Source: Tubiluchus corallicola
Lineage: Eukaryota > Animalia > Priapulida
NCBI GenBank assembly: GCA_030141605.1
Contig: JAQGDQ010000012.1
Coordinates: 634,396 to 698,395 of the forward strand
Direction: 5' to 3'
DNA length: 64,000 nt
A program made the translations under genes and the position numbers. Shown here piece after piece: positions 1 to 13,986 of this stretch. The notes under the pieces were generated by a model. It made no database searches. It was given only the letters and a program-made list of their open reading frames with translations, and was not told the origin of the DNA. How positions within the stretch are numbered: position 1 is the stretch's first letter; each line of letters starts with the position of its first letter.

Positions 1-3000
1 CCGAAACTATGATCTTGAGCTAGGTTGAGGGAGGGGTGAAACTGCCAAAATGAGCACTTCTTCATGCGTTCGTTTTTCCACAAAACTTGACTGGACGCCA
101 CGTACAGAAGACATTCGTGCTGCACGTCGTAGGCATTTCAGAGGTAGGTTGTATCGATTTGGAAAGAGGATAGCTTGGCTACAGGATAGGGTAATTCCTT
201 TTTATAATCTCCACCAGGATAAACAATTACGAGTTATACTTCCAGGCTCCATTTTGAGAAATTCTCGCTTCGAACGCTGTGTAAACTGTGTAACACCGTC
301 TATAACTATTACATAGAGCATGTTCGCGACTCACCATGGGTAACTGGGCACCATACAGCCCCAGGCTAAACTATAGGGGATCTCGGAGCAACATGAGCCC
401 CAGAGATGCAGTGCGCATTACCCCCCAGCGTGTGGACATGCTCTGCCACTCACCAATCATGTCCCATCTATGGGTTAAATAGTGAATCCTCAACGGAATT
501 TGGACTTGCTCCTTGAATTCGATTGTGAAGGCAAACGAATGATATACCCGGCGGGCAGGCAGACAAAAGTGGGCTCTAAATTATCTGAGTACCGGCAGCT
601 CGCTGTAGAAATCCTAGTATCCTAATCGTCTCGACTATCTCTTGCCATTGGATCAATGCTTGGAGTCCGAAACATGTGTGGCTGAGGTTCGTGCACCCCC
701 AGGATCACTTCAATCAAATCTTTGCACAGGTTATCCCTACTACCTTTAATTTCGTCATTTCCCTATCTGCGACAAAGTCCTACTGCAATGAGATATCCGG
801 TGATGGGGACAGGTTATGGATGTAACTGGGAATTCTTAGTCAGAACCTTGCATGTAGGCAACTTGGGCGTGATGGCCGCTGTTAGCTGGACCAGGAGTAA
901 CCAGCTTCTTTGTGTCCTGCCCGAGCATCTGGGCAGCCCTATTTAGGGGTAGCACTGCTCACCTCCATGTAGGAAGGGTCGAGAAAAGGAGACCTAAACA
1001 AAGCTTGCTCCACTTCTGCACCTGGCTAGTTGACTGCGACTGACAGGTAATCCCATTACGCAGTAGAAATTTCAAACATAGGAAACTAATTCTTGCAAGT
1101 TGGAATGCCTGGACTTTGATAGACCGGGATACAAATCGACCACACCGAAGAACAGCATTAGTTGCTGCAGAACTGAAAAGATATAATATTGATATTGCTG
1201 CTCTCAGTGAAACAATACTTGCAGATGAGGGCTCTATTGTCGTGGAATGTGAGGGCTATGTTTTTTCTGGAAGGGTCTTCCACAAACCGCTCGCCAGATA
1301 CATGGTGTCAGTCTGACAATTAGAAAAGAACTCATGAAGCACATCACAGAGGAACTTGTAGGTATTCATGAACATCTGATGGCATTACGATTGCCTCTAT
1401 CTAAAGGATCCTCTGTATGCCCCTACTCTGGATGCGGAGGAATGTATGAAGGATATATTCTATGAAACCTTAAATCAACTAGTACGACAGGCCAGATCCA
1501 ATGACAAGCTAATTCTACTCAGAGATTTCAATGCTAGGATGGGTTCAAATAGCATTGCATGGCAAAATGTTATTTATAAGCATGGTCTTGGAAAGATGAG
1601 CAGCAACGGTTTGAGATTGCTTAGCTTTTGCTCTGAATACAAACTAATAATTACAAACACCGTGTTTCAACAAACTTACATGTACAAGGGTACTTGGATG
1701 CACCCAAGATCGCATCACTGGCATCTAATTGACTATGTCATTGTTAGACAAAATGATATTAAAGATGTCCTACTCACTCGCTCCATGTGCAGGGCTGAAT
1801 GTTAGACGGCAACCACAGGATGATTAAATCTACAATACGGTTGATGATCAGATATCAACGAGGAAAAAACCTGCAAGAAAGGGACCCAATGTTGCATTGC
1901 TATACAGAACTGTGCAGCCCAAACCGAACTCGCAGCCTGCATGGATGACAAGTTAAGAGATTGTAACTCTGCAGAAGTTCTCACATCTCACGAGATTCCT
2001 ATATAAACATAAACCATTCCTGGGATAGGTTACTCCAGAGGATTACTGAGGTAGCTTATTGTTGCCTTGGAACAACATCTCGCCATAATGCAGACTGGTT
2101 TATTGAGTCAGCTGACGAAATCCATGAACTTCTGTAGGAAAAAATATACCTCATGATGCCTATTTAGCAAACCCTGCATCCAGAGTACTTCTTAATCGCT
2201 GGCATGAAATTCATGGTAATGAACAGAGCAAGATACGTCAACTTCAGAATAAAATTCAAAGCCTTGCCCACACTAACAAAATCCACGAGTTCCATGAAAC
2301 CATCAAAGGAATATACGGATCCACTCGTAGAACACAAAAACTTGTTCACTCTGCCGACAGTAGCACACTAATCCAGGACAAAATCTTGAAAAGATGAGCT
2401 GAACACTTTAAAGAACTTCTCAACAGACAGAACCCATATGATCCATCTATTTTAGAAGACCTACCAACTATTCCACAAATCCTGGAACTTGGCAACCCAC
2501 CCTCGGTATATGAGATAGCCACAGCTATCAAATATCTAAAAAACAGGAAGGCAGGTGGCTCAGATAGAATCCCTTGTGAAATCTATAAATATGGGGGCCA
2601 AAGACTGACTAACGACCTTGCTTCCTTTCTGGAAATATGTTGGAGGAACACAATGATCCCTGAACACTGGAAGCATGCCAGAATAATTACAATCTGTAAG
2701 AAAAAAGGTGATCAAGCGGAATGTGGAAACAGTCATGGAATATCGTTATTGGATATTTCAGGCAAGATTCTCACAAGAGTTATGCTATCTCGTCTTATAC
2801 ATCATATTGCTGACAAAGTGCTATCAGAATCACAATGTGGGTTTCACTCAGATTGCAGTACAATAGACATGGTATTTACCTGCCGATAGCTGATTGAAAA
2901 GTGTCGAGAACAGCACCAAGATATCTGTCTGGCTTTCATCGATTTAACGAAAGCTTTCAACACGGTTAATCATGGCATGTTATGGCAGATTCTACAAAGA

Positions 3001-3375
3001 TTTGGCTGTCCACCAAAATTCCTGGCCATTCTCAGACAGTTTCATGACGGTATGAGGGCATGTATTGCATCCGCTGGAGAAGAATCAACTGAGTTTAAAG
3101 TGAGCATGGGAGTGAAACAAGAATGTGTAGTTGCACCTATCATCTTCAACGTATACACAGTTGCAGTAACGTTACTGACTAGAAAGACCATGGATGACCA
3201 AGATGGAATCAAGCTTCGCTACCGAACAGATGAAAGTGTCTTTAACTTAAGAAGGTTGAAAGCCGAAACCAAAACCTCAAATTATACTGTATTTGACTTA
3301 GAGTATGCCGATGACTGTGCTGCTAACTCACTCAGTCCCCCAACATTCCAACAACTACTCTCCAGTATGCAAAAT
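1..3375 (+). mobile_element. Degenerate RTE-clade LINE (5' UTR-like region, APE endonuclease, RT), interrupted just after the YADD motif
   Basis: Fragmented ORFs carry endonuclease motifs (SWNAWTL, RRTALVAAELKRYNIDIAALSET, DFNAR, WMHPRSHHWHLIDY) and RT motifs (GISLLDISGKIL, ESQCGF, STIDMVF, GVKQECVVAP, FNLRRLKA, YADD), with many stops and frameshifts. Assigning 1-1080 to the 5' UTR is inference. Confidence 0.85.
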
Positions 3376-3379
3376 GGGC

Positions 3380-4530
3380 AAATGGGGCTACAGGCCACAG
3401 GGAAGTGTTCTAGGACAAGTTTTATTCACAATCTTCATTAAACACAATCTCAATCTACCGAGCATATTCACTTTTGGAAATAAGCTATTTGCAGCGACAC
3501 CGAAATATATGACAGAGTAACTACCATTGAGATACAAAATCATTTACAAACTAATGTACAACTTGTAGACAAGTGGTGCAATACTCGGCAAATGATTTTC
3601 AACCATGATAAATGCAGTGCTGAAAATAGGCAACAAAATATCCAATGAATCACCATATGTCATGACACATAATGGCAGTCTCGAGCCTGTCGAATGTGTA
3701 TCTGAGGAAAAAGACCTTGGCATTACTGTAGATAACAAGCTTCAGTTTACAAGTCACATTCATGATATATCGCAGAAGGTAGATAGCAGATCAACGTTAA
3801 TAAAGCATAACTTCAGATACTTGGATACTGGTATGTTAATCAACCTCTATAAATCCATGGTAAGACCAATCTTAGATTACGCTGATGTGATTTGGAATCC
3901 ATCTAGACATGACATGATTCGTGAGCTCGAAAGTATTCAGCGTCGAGCAACTAGGATGATACCTAATATAGCAGAAAAATCATATCCTGATAGATTAAGA
4001 CATTTAGGACTTAAATACAGAAGACACGAGCAGGATATGATCCAGACATTTAGGATCCTTAAGGGCATTGACCAGATAGACAGTCACAAAATATTTGAAC
4101 TCCATATACACCATAGGACAAGAGGACATTCACTCAAATTCAACAAGAAATCTGTTTCAAAATGGGGAAGAACACATAATTTCTTTGCAAATGCCTGGAA
4201 CAAGCTTCCTGAATATGTAGTGAGTGCTTCTTCAGTTACTCAATTTAAATCTCGATTAGACCGACTCTGGGGTAATCATCTGGTGAAATACATTGATACT
4301 AGACTTCTACAATGGCAACAAGATGCTTGGATTTTTGAGGGGACCTGTCACTATTGATCGTACAAATAAGAACACACCGATACTATCTTCCGGTTCGTAT
4401 CATTAGCGCCAACACCTACTAGTAAACTTGAAATAAATAAAGCATTCCAGAGAAGATCGGAGAGGTAAAAAGTGGTCATTTATGCTTAACCGCTATCCAT
4501 GCTGTAAGCTGTAAGTGTAAGCTGTAATGA
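3380..4530 (+). mobile_element. 5'-truncated CR1-clade LINE fragment (RT C-terminal half and 3' end)
   Basis: PQGSVLGxVLFTIFI, EKDLGITVDNKLQF, LYKSMVRPILDYA, LESIQRRATRMIP, RTRGHSLK, WNKLPEYVVSASSVTQFKSRLD; ends in a short (CTGTAAG)n-like tail at about 4501-4527. Confidence 0.85.
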
Positions 4531-4726
4531 AAGACAGTAAGATTTTGCTATGGGAAAATCTTAATAAAAAATAACCCAATGAAAACAATAAGATTTTTGC
4601 TAAGATCTTAATAATAGACTTGGTCTTTTCGTACTTGGACTAAGGATTGGTCGCGTTGGTAGTATTTAATGTAGTCGTTTAGGCAGTGCGCTTTTCGGCT
4701 AAGAACTTTTATTAGTTATTTTGATG

Positions 4727-4737
4727 AAAATGGCGGC
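4727..4737 (+). promoter_or_regulatory. YY1-like AAAATGGCGGC motif overlapping the EXOSC8 start codon
   Basis: Sequence match to the YY1 consensus; function is inferred only. Confidence 0.35.
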
Positions 4738-7700
4738 AGAATTTAAGTACGTGTTGTACTTTATATAAATATAAATTATAATTAAGGCTTCTCAAAAGTA
4801 CTCAATGTCTTAACAATTAAAGACGGTTGTCATATTATATGTAAAAAATGTCCTGTGAGGGGAGTCGTGAGTGGTAGTTTCTCACATTCTCTAGAAACTA
4901 AGACGTTACTGCATTATTGCAGTCGGTCAAGTGGCGTTTATGTAATTTGCGGTTGCGTTTTCCACCCGGCCGAAAAAAATCAATAGGAAATAACTGCAGG
5001 AAAAACCGCATCCGTAAGTTACATAAGCGCCACTTTAGACTTTCAGTAATTTAAATGCACAACTATATACTGCCTAACGTACATTTAAACAATGAAAATC
5101 TAGCAACAGCTCGACGACTTTTAGAACAAGACATTGCAAACATTAACATAAATATTAGCATTTACCCATTTAAAACTAAAATTAAATAGCACCAAAACAT
5201 ATTTCATAGTCCTTTGCCCCTTCTCAAATGACAATAACAAATACTTTAATAAAAGTTGAAAATAGCATAATAAAACAGAAAAACAATGTAAATTTCCTTG
5301 GTATGTGTGTCTATAATAAACTTTCGTGGGAGAACCACTTTAATAAAATTTATGATAAAATAGCATGTGGAACATACTACTTATGACAGGTAAAACTTTT
5401 CTAAAATGCCCTCTAACTAAAGGAACGAAGCTATTAATTTTTAAAACTTTCATTCTATCCCACTTTCTATATGGATGCACACTTTTTCATGAAGTTTCAA
5501 GAGACAGCTATAACAAAGTAAATAGTGTGCAAAATTATGCCTTAAAAGGCTATTCAAATAAAACATCTCTCATCACAAATCAAACCTCTGCAACATTGTT
5601 TAAAATCCCAATTTGAAGCACATAAAGACTTCTACATGATCGTATTTTTATACAAATACTTCAACAATATTAACGCGCCTTTCATCAAAAATAAGCTTCC
5701 ACTCCGCTTGGAGCCAACATTAAATCCAAGGACACACAATATTAAAGAAACACGCGCTAATAACAAATACGGTAACAATTCTATCGCTAAACAATGAGTT
5801 CATCTCTGCAATGCTTTGCCATGAAATTTAGAACAAATCAAGTCTTTTTACGAGTTCAAATCAAAATTAAAAATACATACACATTGTAACACATATTTTT
5901 GTTATAAATTCTTGGCACAGCAGTTTTTAGTTTGCACTGGACGCATTTGCCTATAACAGTTGTGTGAATTTTTATTCTAATGCTGCAGTGTTCTTATATG
6001 ATTTTGTGCTTATGAATATTGATTTTTTTTTATTGGCAAATAAATTTATATATATATAAATTTATATATAATCAGTATATGTGTATATATATATACTGTT
6101 CCGTTTTTGCTCGGAAAACACTTTTCCGAGCAGTGACATTGATGATCAGTCGTTACATGCTTAGAGGACAGGAATTGGAAAGACACACTCCATGTTTCAA
6201 GGTTTTACTTTTGATGACTAAGGTCTATAGTGACGTATAGTACAATAGTCGCTACATAACAATAGCAAATTTGCTTAAAACTTCCATCCATTCTATAAAT
6301 AATGCTGTGGTACTTTTAAATCAGTCAGTAGTTGATGTTTCAACAGCTTCCTCGAGCAGCATATTCCATGTACCTACCAATATTCTACTGCTGAAGAAAT
6401 GTTAATTTTTTCTTAATTTTAGTAATGTGGTGATCTCTTTGTTCTGTTATTAGTTTAGAAGGTCTAAGTTTTTCAGGGACTTTTTAACGGTGTTGTGAAA
6501 TTTGGATACGATCACGTTAAACTGTGATATGTCTATTTCAAGCTAAATATGCTGCTTAAGCATATTGCAGAAAAGCTATTAAAATTATCACATTTGCTTT
6601 TGTAATTTACTCTGTATATTCTTATTTCTGAATTACCTTTACAGAAAAATTCAACCACAAGAATTTCATAGGAAATTTTTGGTATGTATGGCTACTATGT
6701 TCAACTTAAATTGCAATTATGGAAATTAGAATGTGTGTAAAACATACTGGTTGCTAATTTAAGATTTTGCCAAAGAAAATCTTAATTTTAACAGTTAAGT
6801 TATAACTGATAATTTTTGTTGCTACTGCTGTCACATGAACCTTGTATAAAGAGAATTTTTTGTGCACATTTCTTTCAAAAACTGTATCTGTCTGTGTAAA
6901 AATAAAATATGGTAAATTTATTAGTAAATATAATACAACATATTAAGGTACAAAGTAGAGTAGATGTATAGAAAACTAGGATTTATTATATATTATTAGG
7001 GAGCATTTGTAGAAAACTAGGAACATATTTTAAGAGCACATTCTAGAGGAAACTTTGAAACTCTCTAATTGCACAAAATTTAATAACTTTGTATGGAATA
7101 CAGACCAGTACTACTCACAGCTTGCAAATAACATGAAAAAGTCTGTCAGCTTTAGCTTAAGCATCATTCACCAAGTATAGTGGAGAGGAATAATTTTTTG
7201 TTTGGTGAGGGACTAAAGCTTGTTATGAGTAGAATTGTAACTCATAGTGTGACAATGTATTTACAATCTGACAAAGAAGAGCATAACAAATGTATTTATC
7301 TAAAAGTTGTTACATTCTTTATTCTGTGATTTAATTCTTTCAGCTTGCTAAAGTAAAATGTCCTCTTGAAGTGTCCGACTGACTAATTAATAAAATTTGA
7401 ACAAACTGTCAGTATTCTGCACAATCTATGCAATTTAAATAGAATGTTAAGGCAAAACTGTGTTCTGTTTAAAGCATGTAATTAAGTGCATAGATATGTA
7501 AATATAATAAAGATCTAGTATTGCATTTATATCTGCAAAGCCATAATCAGATGTTGATTGAATTCATATCTTCCTTGGTACTGTCAGTACAGTGACTGAT
7601 TTGAATACATGAATAACAAATTTTATAACACCCAGCTATGATAACTGTGCAGGCTATGTCTAGTAGTTAATTCCTGCGTGCATTTAAGGCATCTGGGCAG

Positions 7701-9196
7701 TGTTATCACTGCTGAATTTATGCTTGTATTCAAAGTCATCTGGGTAATGTCTCTGCTAACTTTTATCCCAACAGTGGATATGTCAAAAAAAAGTTATGAA
7801 AAAAACTTGATATCTTATAAATTCATAATGTACTGTGAAAAAAAAACTGTTTTTTGGTAGTAATTTATCAGACTTATTATTTTTGTAGGAAGTATGGTTA
7901 ATTGTGACATAAATTAAATTGAATGTAACAATTTATTTTCAATTTACAGTTGTTTTATTAGATTTACCAGTGTGTGCAGAACACAGACTATTGCTAGTAT
8001 TGCCCTCCAAAAAAGCCAAATAGATACAACATAAAAAAATTTAAGCTAAGGTGATTCTCTTCACCGTAGTACATGTTTTTGTATTTTATAAATTGTGTCC
8101 AATATGTTTAATACATTTTGATCTGTCTTTCATAGGAACAGAAAAAGCGACCAGATGGAAGGAGTTTGACTGATTTTCGACCAACGTTGTTAAATATTGG
8201 TAAATACTACAATTTTTTAGTTGTAAATATGCAATTCTGAAATGAAATATGACTTTAATTTAACAGTTAGCCATTTGCCTTTCAAGCAAGAGTGAACATA
8301 TGCTACCCAGAATCTCTAAATGCTGTTTTTATAAATTATCCAATCCTCTATAACTGAAAAAAAATTGAGAAAACAGATATCAGTAATTTTTAATACAGCT
8401 AAGTCAATGAAAATGAAAATGATTATGCTTTAAACTTGAGTCCACATACAAGTTTAGCATAGTATCATCAGGTGCAAAATGTGCGAGAAATTGTAATATA
8501 ATTTATGTTTATTACTTATCGGATTTGTAGTGGTTGCAAAAATCTGAGATTAGTTATTATGTTATCATGTACTAATGAAAGTGATACTGACAAATTTAGA
8601 ATATGGAAGGTTTAGGGTAAGAGAAACTTGGCTGTGTTGGAAAGGTGCTTTATTGTAAGGTCTAAAAAGTAGTATTCAGAGTAATATCTTACATCTTGAT
8701 TACAGTGAGCGATTGTAATTACTACTGCAATAACTTTTTATTAATGGAATTTGTATTTCATCGATTTTTGGGTTACTTGAGCTTTCATATAACTCCATAG
8801 AGCCATTCAGTTCACCGTGCTGTTGTTCTCATTGCCATTTTTGTTCTCGGTCTACTGTAATACAAAACTTTTCCATTTACTCGTAGTGAGCAGACAATGT
8901 ATACTAAATTTTCATCAAAATTTTTAGATTACTTGACAACTGTAAATGTGTATCTATAATCTGTTAACAGCTACTTTATTATCGTCATTTCAGCTGAGTT
9001 TTTTATATTGTCTTTATGGTCTACCCTGGAGCCTATTTATTAGGTATTCGTTTTTGAAAAAAAAAGTTATTTTCAGTCCGAAATGTAATCGATTTTTCTA
9101 TGGTTAAGTGTTGTTTCAATAGGGAAAATTCTCTGAGCAGGCGATGTCGATAGTTTAATGGCAAAGCCAAGTAGACAGCGACTAGAAAGGGAGAGA

Positions 9197-9293
<97 letters not shown>

Positions 9294-12200
9294 GAATGGA
9301 GAAAAGTAGCACCTTGGTTGAAATGAGCCTGCCTACGAATTAAGAGGGCTGCGATAGTGTTCACAAAGTCATAGCCTGGCAGGTGGGCAGAAAAAACTAA
9401 ATAGCGAGTAACCCAGTGCTTTGTAGTTTAATTTAGTGTAACTTTATCACTAGTATAAAATGTATTAAAGCTTATAAATAAGGCTCACTTACTTACTGCA
9501 TGGTACTTTTCTGATAGTTACTTAACTGTCCTAAATTTGTTTACATTCTAGGCTCAATCAGCACTGCAGAAGGTTCTGCTTTGATCAAGCTAGGGAATAC
9601 TACAGTTGTGTGTGGTGTTAAAGCAGTAAGTAATACTTGTTGAATGATATAAATTTAATCTGCATGGGCAGTTCTTAACACAATGTCTGTGTTGTTTGCA
9701 TTAGCTTATATCGTGAAAATTCTCAAATGCAATTTGAAGTTCAACTTTTCCACAAGTGCAGGATATTAGTGTAAAAGAATAAATAAGTAATTTTCTAGCT
9801 TTATTTCATTTGTGGTATAAATATATTTAGATGCATGTGCTGCGTGGATTGATACTGAATTGCGTGAGAATTCCATTAATTTTTGATTAGAGTTTAGATA
9901 TGCATTGAGGCGTACTATACCACATTTAGAGCTTGTCAGCACACTCTCTTGTTCACATGACAATTCAAGTGAAAATTTGTTGGGTAATCAGATAAACACG
10001 ATTTTCCATATTGGTTAAAGGAAGACAGGGTGATTTTTCATATACTACCCACTTTTCAAGTACGGTAGAAAGTATACATTTTAACACCAAAAATACTGCA
10101 AAAGCATTTCTGATTATTAAATAATAGATTAAAATCTTAATTAATGATGGGCGAGCCCAACTAGTGATGACATCACAAACTAACACAACTTCAAACATCA
10201 AAAATATTCCATGAGCGTGTTGCGCATGTCTATAAAAGTGAAAATTGAAGAACAGTGCTGCATAAGACATTCAGTGTGTTGTACTAAAACTACGTTCGTT
10301 TTAAGACAAAAATTCGAATTTCAAATTCACCTCTGTAGTCTTGCATGAGCTGTCAAACGTGTGCAGTTCGTCACATTTAAACTGACAGGTACAGCACCTG
10401 TCTTTTGCGTAACGCTTTTTGAAATGCAGGCGCTAGTGCCTGTCTAATTAGCGAATAGCGAAATGCATGTAACAGCGAATGGTGCGAATGCGAAATTGGG
10501 TTGTGAAGAATAGGTTGTTTTGACAAACAATTTAACATTGGGTCTGATTTTGCTTCAAGTAGGTTATATATCAATTGGGATTCAGGAAAGTTTGTATATA
10601 ACTTTTATAGCTGCATACAAATGGGCATTTGGCTTGTCTCTTTGTTGCTCATGTTTATCTTTTTTCTGTGCCTTCTTCGGATTAGTTCTTCACTTCTGAA
10701 CTATCTCTATTCTTCGGTGACTGCAAGCCTGTGGTTTAATTTTACTTTTTTTTACAAGAGAAGTTGAAACTTTAGAACAAGTTGTATACTTTCCAGATAC
10801 AGCTAGCAAATTCCCCCACGTTCTCTTCAGTTGTTAAAAATGTGCTGATCATTTCAAGTAAAGCTACAATCTCCTTGTTTGGTGAATTTTCTTTCTGTAT
10901 TTTCGGTTTTCTTAAAAAATTGAATTACTAAAAAAATTACACTGTACCTTACGAGTAAAAGTTATTCTCCGAGGTCTCATGAGCTCCTGGATTGGATAAG
11001 ATCTACTTTTTGAGACAAAAAGCACTCAAATTTTTATTCATATTAAAGAAGACAAGTTTCAGTATGTTGTAGATATTTTAAATACTGTATACTCTGTTTC
11101 AGGAGCTATTTACTCCAAAGCCTGATACTCCAAATGGAGGACTTATAGGTAAGTTATTATGAGTTGCTGAGAGAATCTGTCATTATAGTTTATAGTGAAA
11201 TAGAGATATCTGATAAGATTAATGCCTTGAACTTGTTTTCCAACTGTTTATTTCATTGATATTTTCAGTACCAAATGTGGAACTACCAGCTTTATGTTCT
11301 CCTCGTTTCCGTCCTGGTCCTCCTAGTGAACAAGCTCAGGTTACGAGTCAACTGATGTGTGATGTTATACAGAAGTAGGCTTATGATGTTTTGAGTGGTT
11401 TTGTCTTTATTTGTAATTTTATAGTTCTTAATATTAGAAATTTGAAGGTGCAAGTTATATATTTTTGCAGGCAGTTTTGTAAGCTTACAGACAAAATTTT
11501 GTTTCTTGGAACTTTGTAAATATGCAATTTTCTATTTGATTTGTTTCAATAAACATATGAATTTCATTAAAATAAACCTTTAAATTTTTCAAACATTTTT
11601 ACATAATTCAGTGACTGATTTTGAAGAGTATACTCTTTGCATAGGCCGTGTTTATTAAATATATTTTTTTGACTAAAATAGCTCATATTTTAAATTTTTG
11701 GTATAATTTTGTTCGTGTTGCAGCTCCGGTTGTGTAAATTTAGAGGATTTGTGTGTAATACAAGAGAAGCTGGCTTGGTGTTTATACTGTGACATGTTGT
11801 GTCTTGACTATGATGGCAACATAAATGATGCTTGTCTAGCAGTTCTAATAGCAGCCCTCAGATCAAGTAAGACTGTAATAGCTAGGTACTATGTTTTGAA
11901 TAAGATATTATTTTTATTATTGTTGTTGTTGTTGTTGTTGTTTATTTATCTAACATTTATCATTGACTGAGAAAATAAATGACAAACATTTATTACGATT
12001 AAAAAAATTATCATTGACCATGGTAGCAGAGTAGTGAAGATTTTGCTGTATTTTGAAATTCAAATGGATATGGTGGAATTTGTAAATTATAATTTCTGTC
12101 ATTGTTGAACCAGAGCAGTGATATTGTAGGAATTTAGACATGTATATAATAAATTCTTTGTGTGTTTATATTTTAGCTGTGTTTAGTTATGAATTTTATT

Positions 12201-13689
12201 ATGGTTTTTTGTGTTTCAGTATCAAAAATCAGTCTTAATTGTTTTTAGCTAAGCTACCAATGGTTTTAATTGATGATGAAACGGAAGAGATTTCTGTTTA
12301 TTCTGACAAACGGAAAAGTTTGTCCCTCCGTAACTTTCCAGTTGCAGCATCTTTTTCTGTGTTTGACAAGTAAGTCCATCTGCATATCACTCAACTTAAA
12401 TGAATAATAGACATTTTTTGTACTATTGTAAGTGAGTCTTTTTAAGGAATTCATTAAAACAAGTGCTATATTCATTGTCACGGAAAATAAACATCCAATT
12501 ATTAAGTTTGTTTAAACACATATGTTTAGCTCCATATAACATCTTTTAGCCTAAATTTGCTTGCGTGTATACTAAGCGCACTGCCTTGACTTCTATTCTA
12601 GCTAGTCTACTGTGATTGTGAGACAGATATCATTTTAGGCTGCTAAAATGTATGTAAATTTTAAAGCCCTTTTTGCAGTGTAATAAAGCATTTACATCGG
12701 TGATTTCTATAGCTGTTCATTTGTATCATTTCTGGATAATGGTTAAGTGTTATGGATCTGCCTGGTATTTTTAGGTAGAATCGTTGTATAGCACCTAATT
12801 GTAATTGTGTATTATGACTCGTAGAAGCATGTATCATTGATTTTGCTATGATGTGTTTTATCTCTCATAGGTAGGATTTACAGTGCAGAAGATCAACAAT
12901 TAGTATCTTGTTGCAAAATTTTCGTTATTCATTTCCTGCATTGAGGCTTAAATATTACGTGTAAATTTTCATTTTAATCATAGAATGTCACTTGTAGTAT
13001 TTCTATTTCAAAGAAGAGTGTGTTTCTTTTTTTAAATAAAAATAAATTTGTTTAATTGTGTAGTGAAGTGGTGTGTGCTGATCCTGCAGCCGAAGAAGAA
13101 GCACTGGCAGTGGGTATGGTTACTGTGGTAACATTAGAAGATGAGCAAATATGCACACTTCACAAACCTGGTAATAAAATAACACCGTTGACAACTTTAT
13201 ACATAAAATTTGGCATTTTTGTTCACCAGTTCATTTTGTTATATATATCATTAAACGACATGTTCTCAGGACCGAGGCAAATGTTGCCTTTAGGGCTGCT
13301 AATTGTCTGTTTATCTGCTAATAGGATATTGCATTATAAAGCCAATCATCGAATACTTTGTATTTACAGCATGGTCATGTCAATATTGTAATAGTTTTTG
13401 TATTCATTGTCCTGTAGTCAGAATTTGAATAGACTGTTGTTTACTGCTAGTTTGGATTGATTTAGCAAACTTTGTAATGTTTAACACATTTTTTAATTTT
13501 TCTTTGTTAGAATTTCATATTCAGCTGCATCACCATCTCAATTATAAATGTTGCATTTAAAATATTGGTCTTGTAGGTGGAAGTCCATTATCAAAAAGTC
13601 AAATACAAGACTGCATAACCAGAACAATAGCCAGAGCAACAGAGGTACGACGACTAACGGAAGAAGTAGAGATGAGTATTGAACGATAA
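4730..13689 (+). CDS. EXOSC8: Exosome complex component RRP43; exons 4730-4746, 6645-6681, 8136-8199, 9552-9625, 11103-11148, 11269-11374, 11724-11866, 12249-12369, 13064-13170, 13577-13689 (275 aa)
   Basis: All introns are GT-AG and phase-consistent (828 nt). Translation [27 protein letters not shown]...[25 protein letters not shown]...[25 protein letters not shown]...[20 protein letters not shown]...DPAAEEE...LHKPGGSPL matches the RNase PH-like EXOSC8 family. Confidence 0.95.
4929..5035. repeat. Imperfect inverted repeat / small MITE-like hairpin in EXOSC8 intron 1
   Basis: Arm aagtggcgtttatgtaatttgcggttgcgttttcc pairs with ggaaaaaccgcatccgtaagttacataagcgccactt (about 35-bp arms with several mismatches). 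Confidence 0.65.
5100..5890 (+). mobile_element. Highly decayed LINE (L2/CR1/Jockey-like) RT C-terminal fragment
   Basis: Remnant motifs [16 protein letters not shown] and [16 protein letters not shown], typical of non-LTR RT 3' regions. Confidence 0.55.
6240..6560 (-). mobile_element. Decayed CR1-like LINE 3' fragment
   Basis: The reverse strand gives FFSSR..V.TWN.L.EEAVE..T...FK-like remnants. Confidence 0.45.
9188..9286. repeat. (GA)n microsatellite
   Basis: Directly visible. Confidence 0.95.
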
Positions 13690-13986
13690 CATTTTGCAGC
13701 AAATCGTGATTATTCCTAGACTGTCTAACAAATACAAGACTGTATAAACAGAATAATAGCCAGAGCAACAGAGGTACGATGACTAACGGAAGAAGTAGAG
13801 ATGAGTATTGAACGATGACATTTTGCAGCAAACCGTGATTATTCCTAGACTGTCTAACAAATACAAGACTGTATAAACAGAATAATAGCCAGAGCAACAG
13901 AGGTACGACGACTAACGGAAGAAATATAGATGAGTATTGAACGATGACATTTTGCAGCAAACCGTGATTATTCCTAGACTGTCTAA
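13600..13986 (+). repeat. Three tandem 129-bp copies of the end of the EXOSC8 last coding exon plus proximal 3' UTR
   Basis: Units start at 13600, 13729 and 13858 (caaatacaagactg...gactgtctaa) with a few substitutions. Confidence 0.95.

Noticed and set aside
9073-9364. RE/SL-repeat ORFs
   Set aside because: Translations of the (GA)n microsatellite.
13600-13986. CRISPR-like array or stop-codon read-through extension
   Set aside because: There are no unique spacers and the context is eukaryotic; additional in-frame TAG/TAA follow the first stop.
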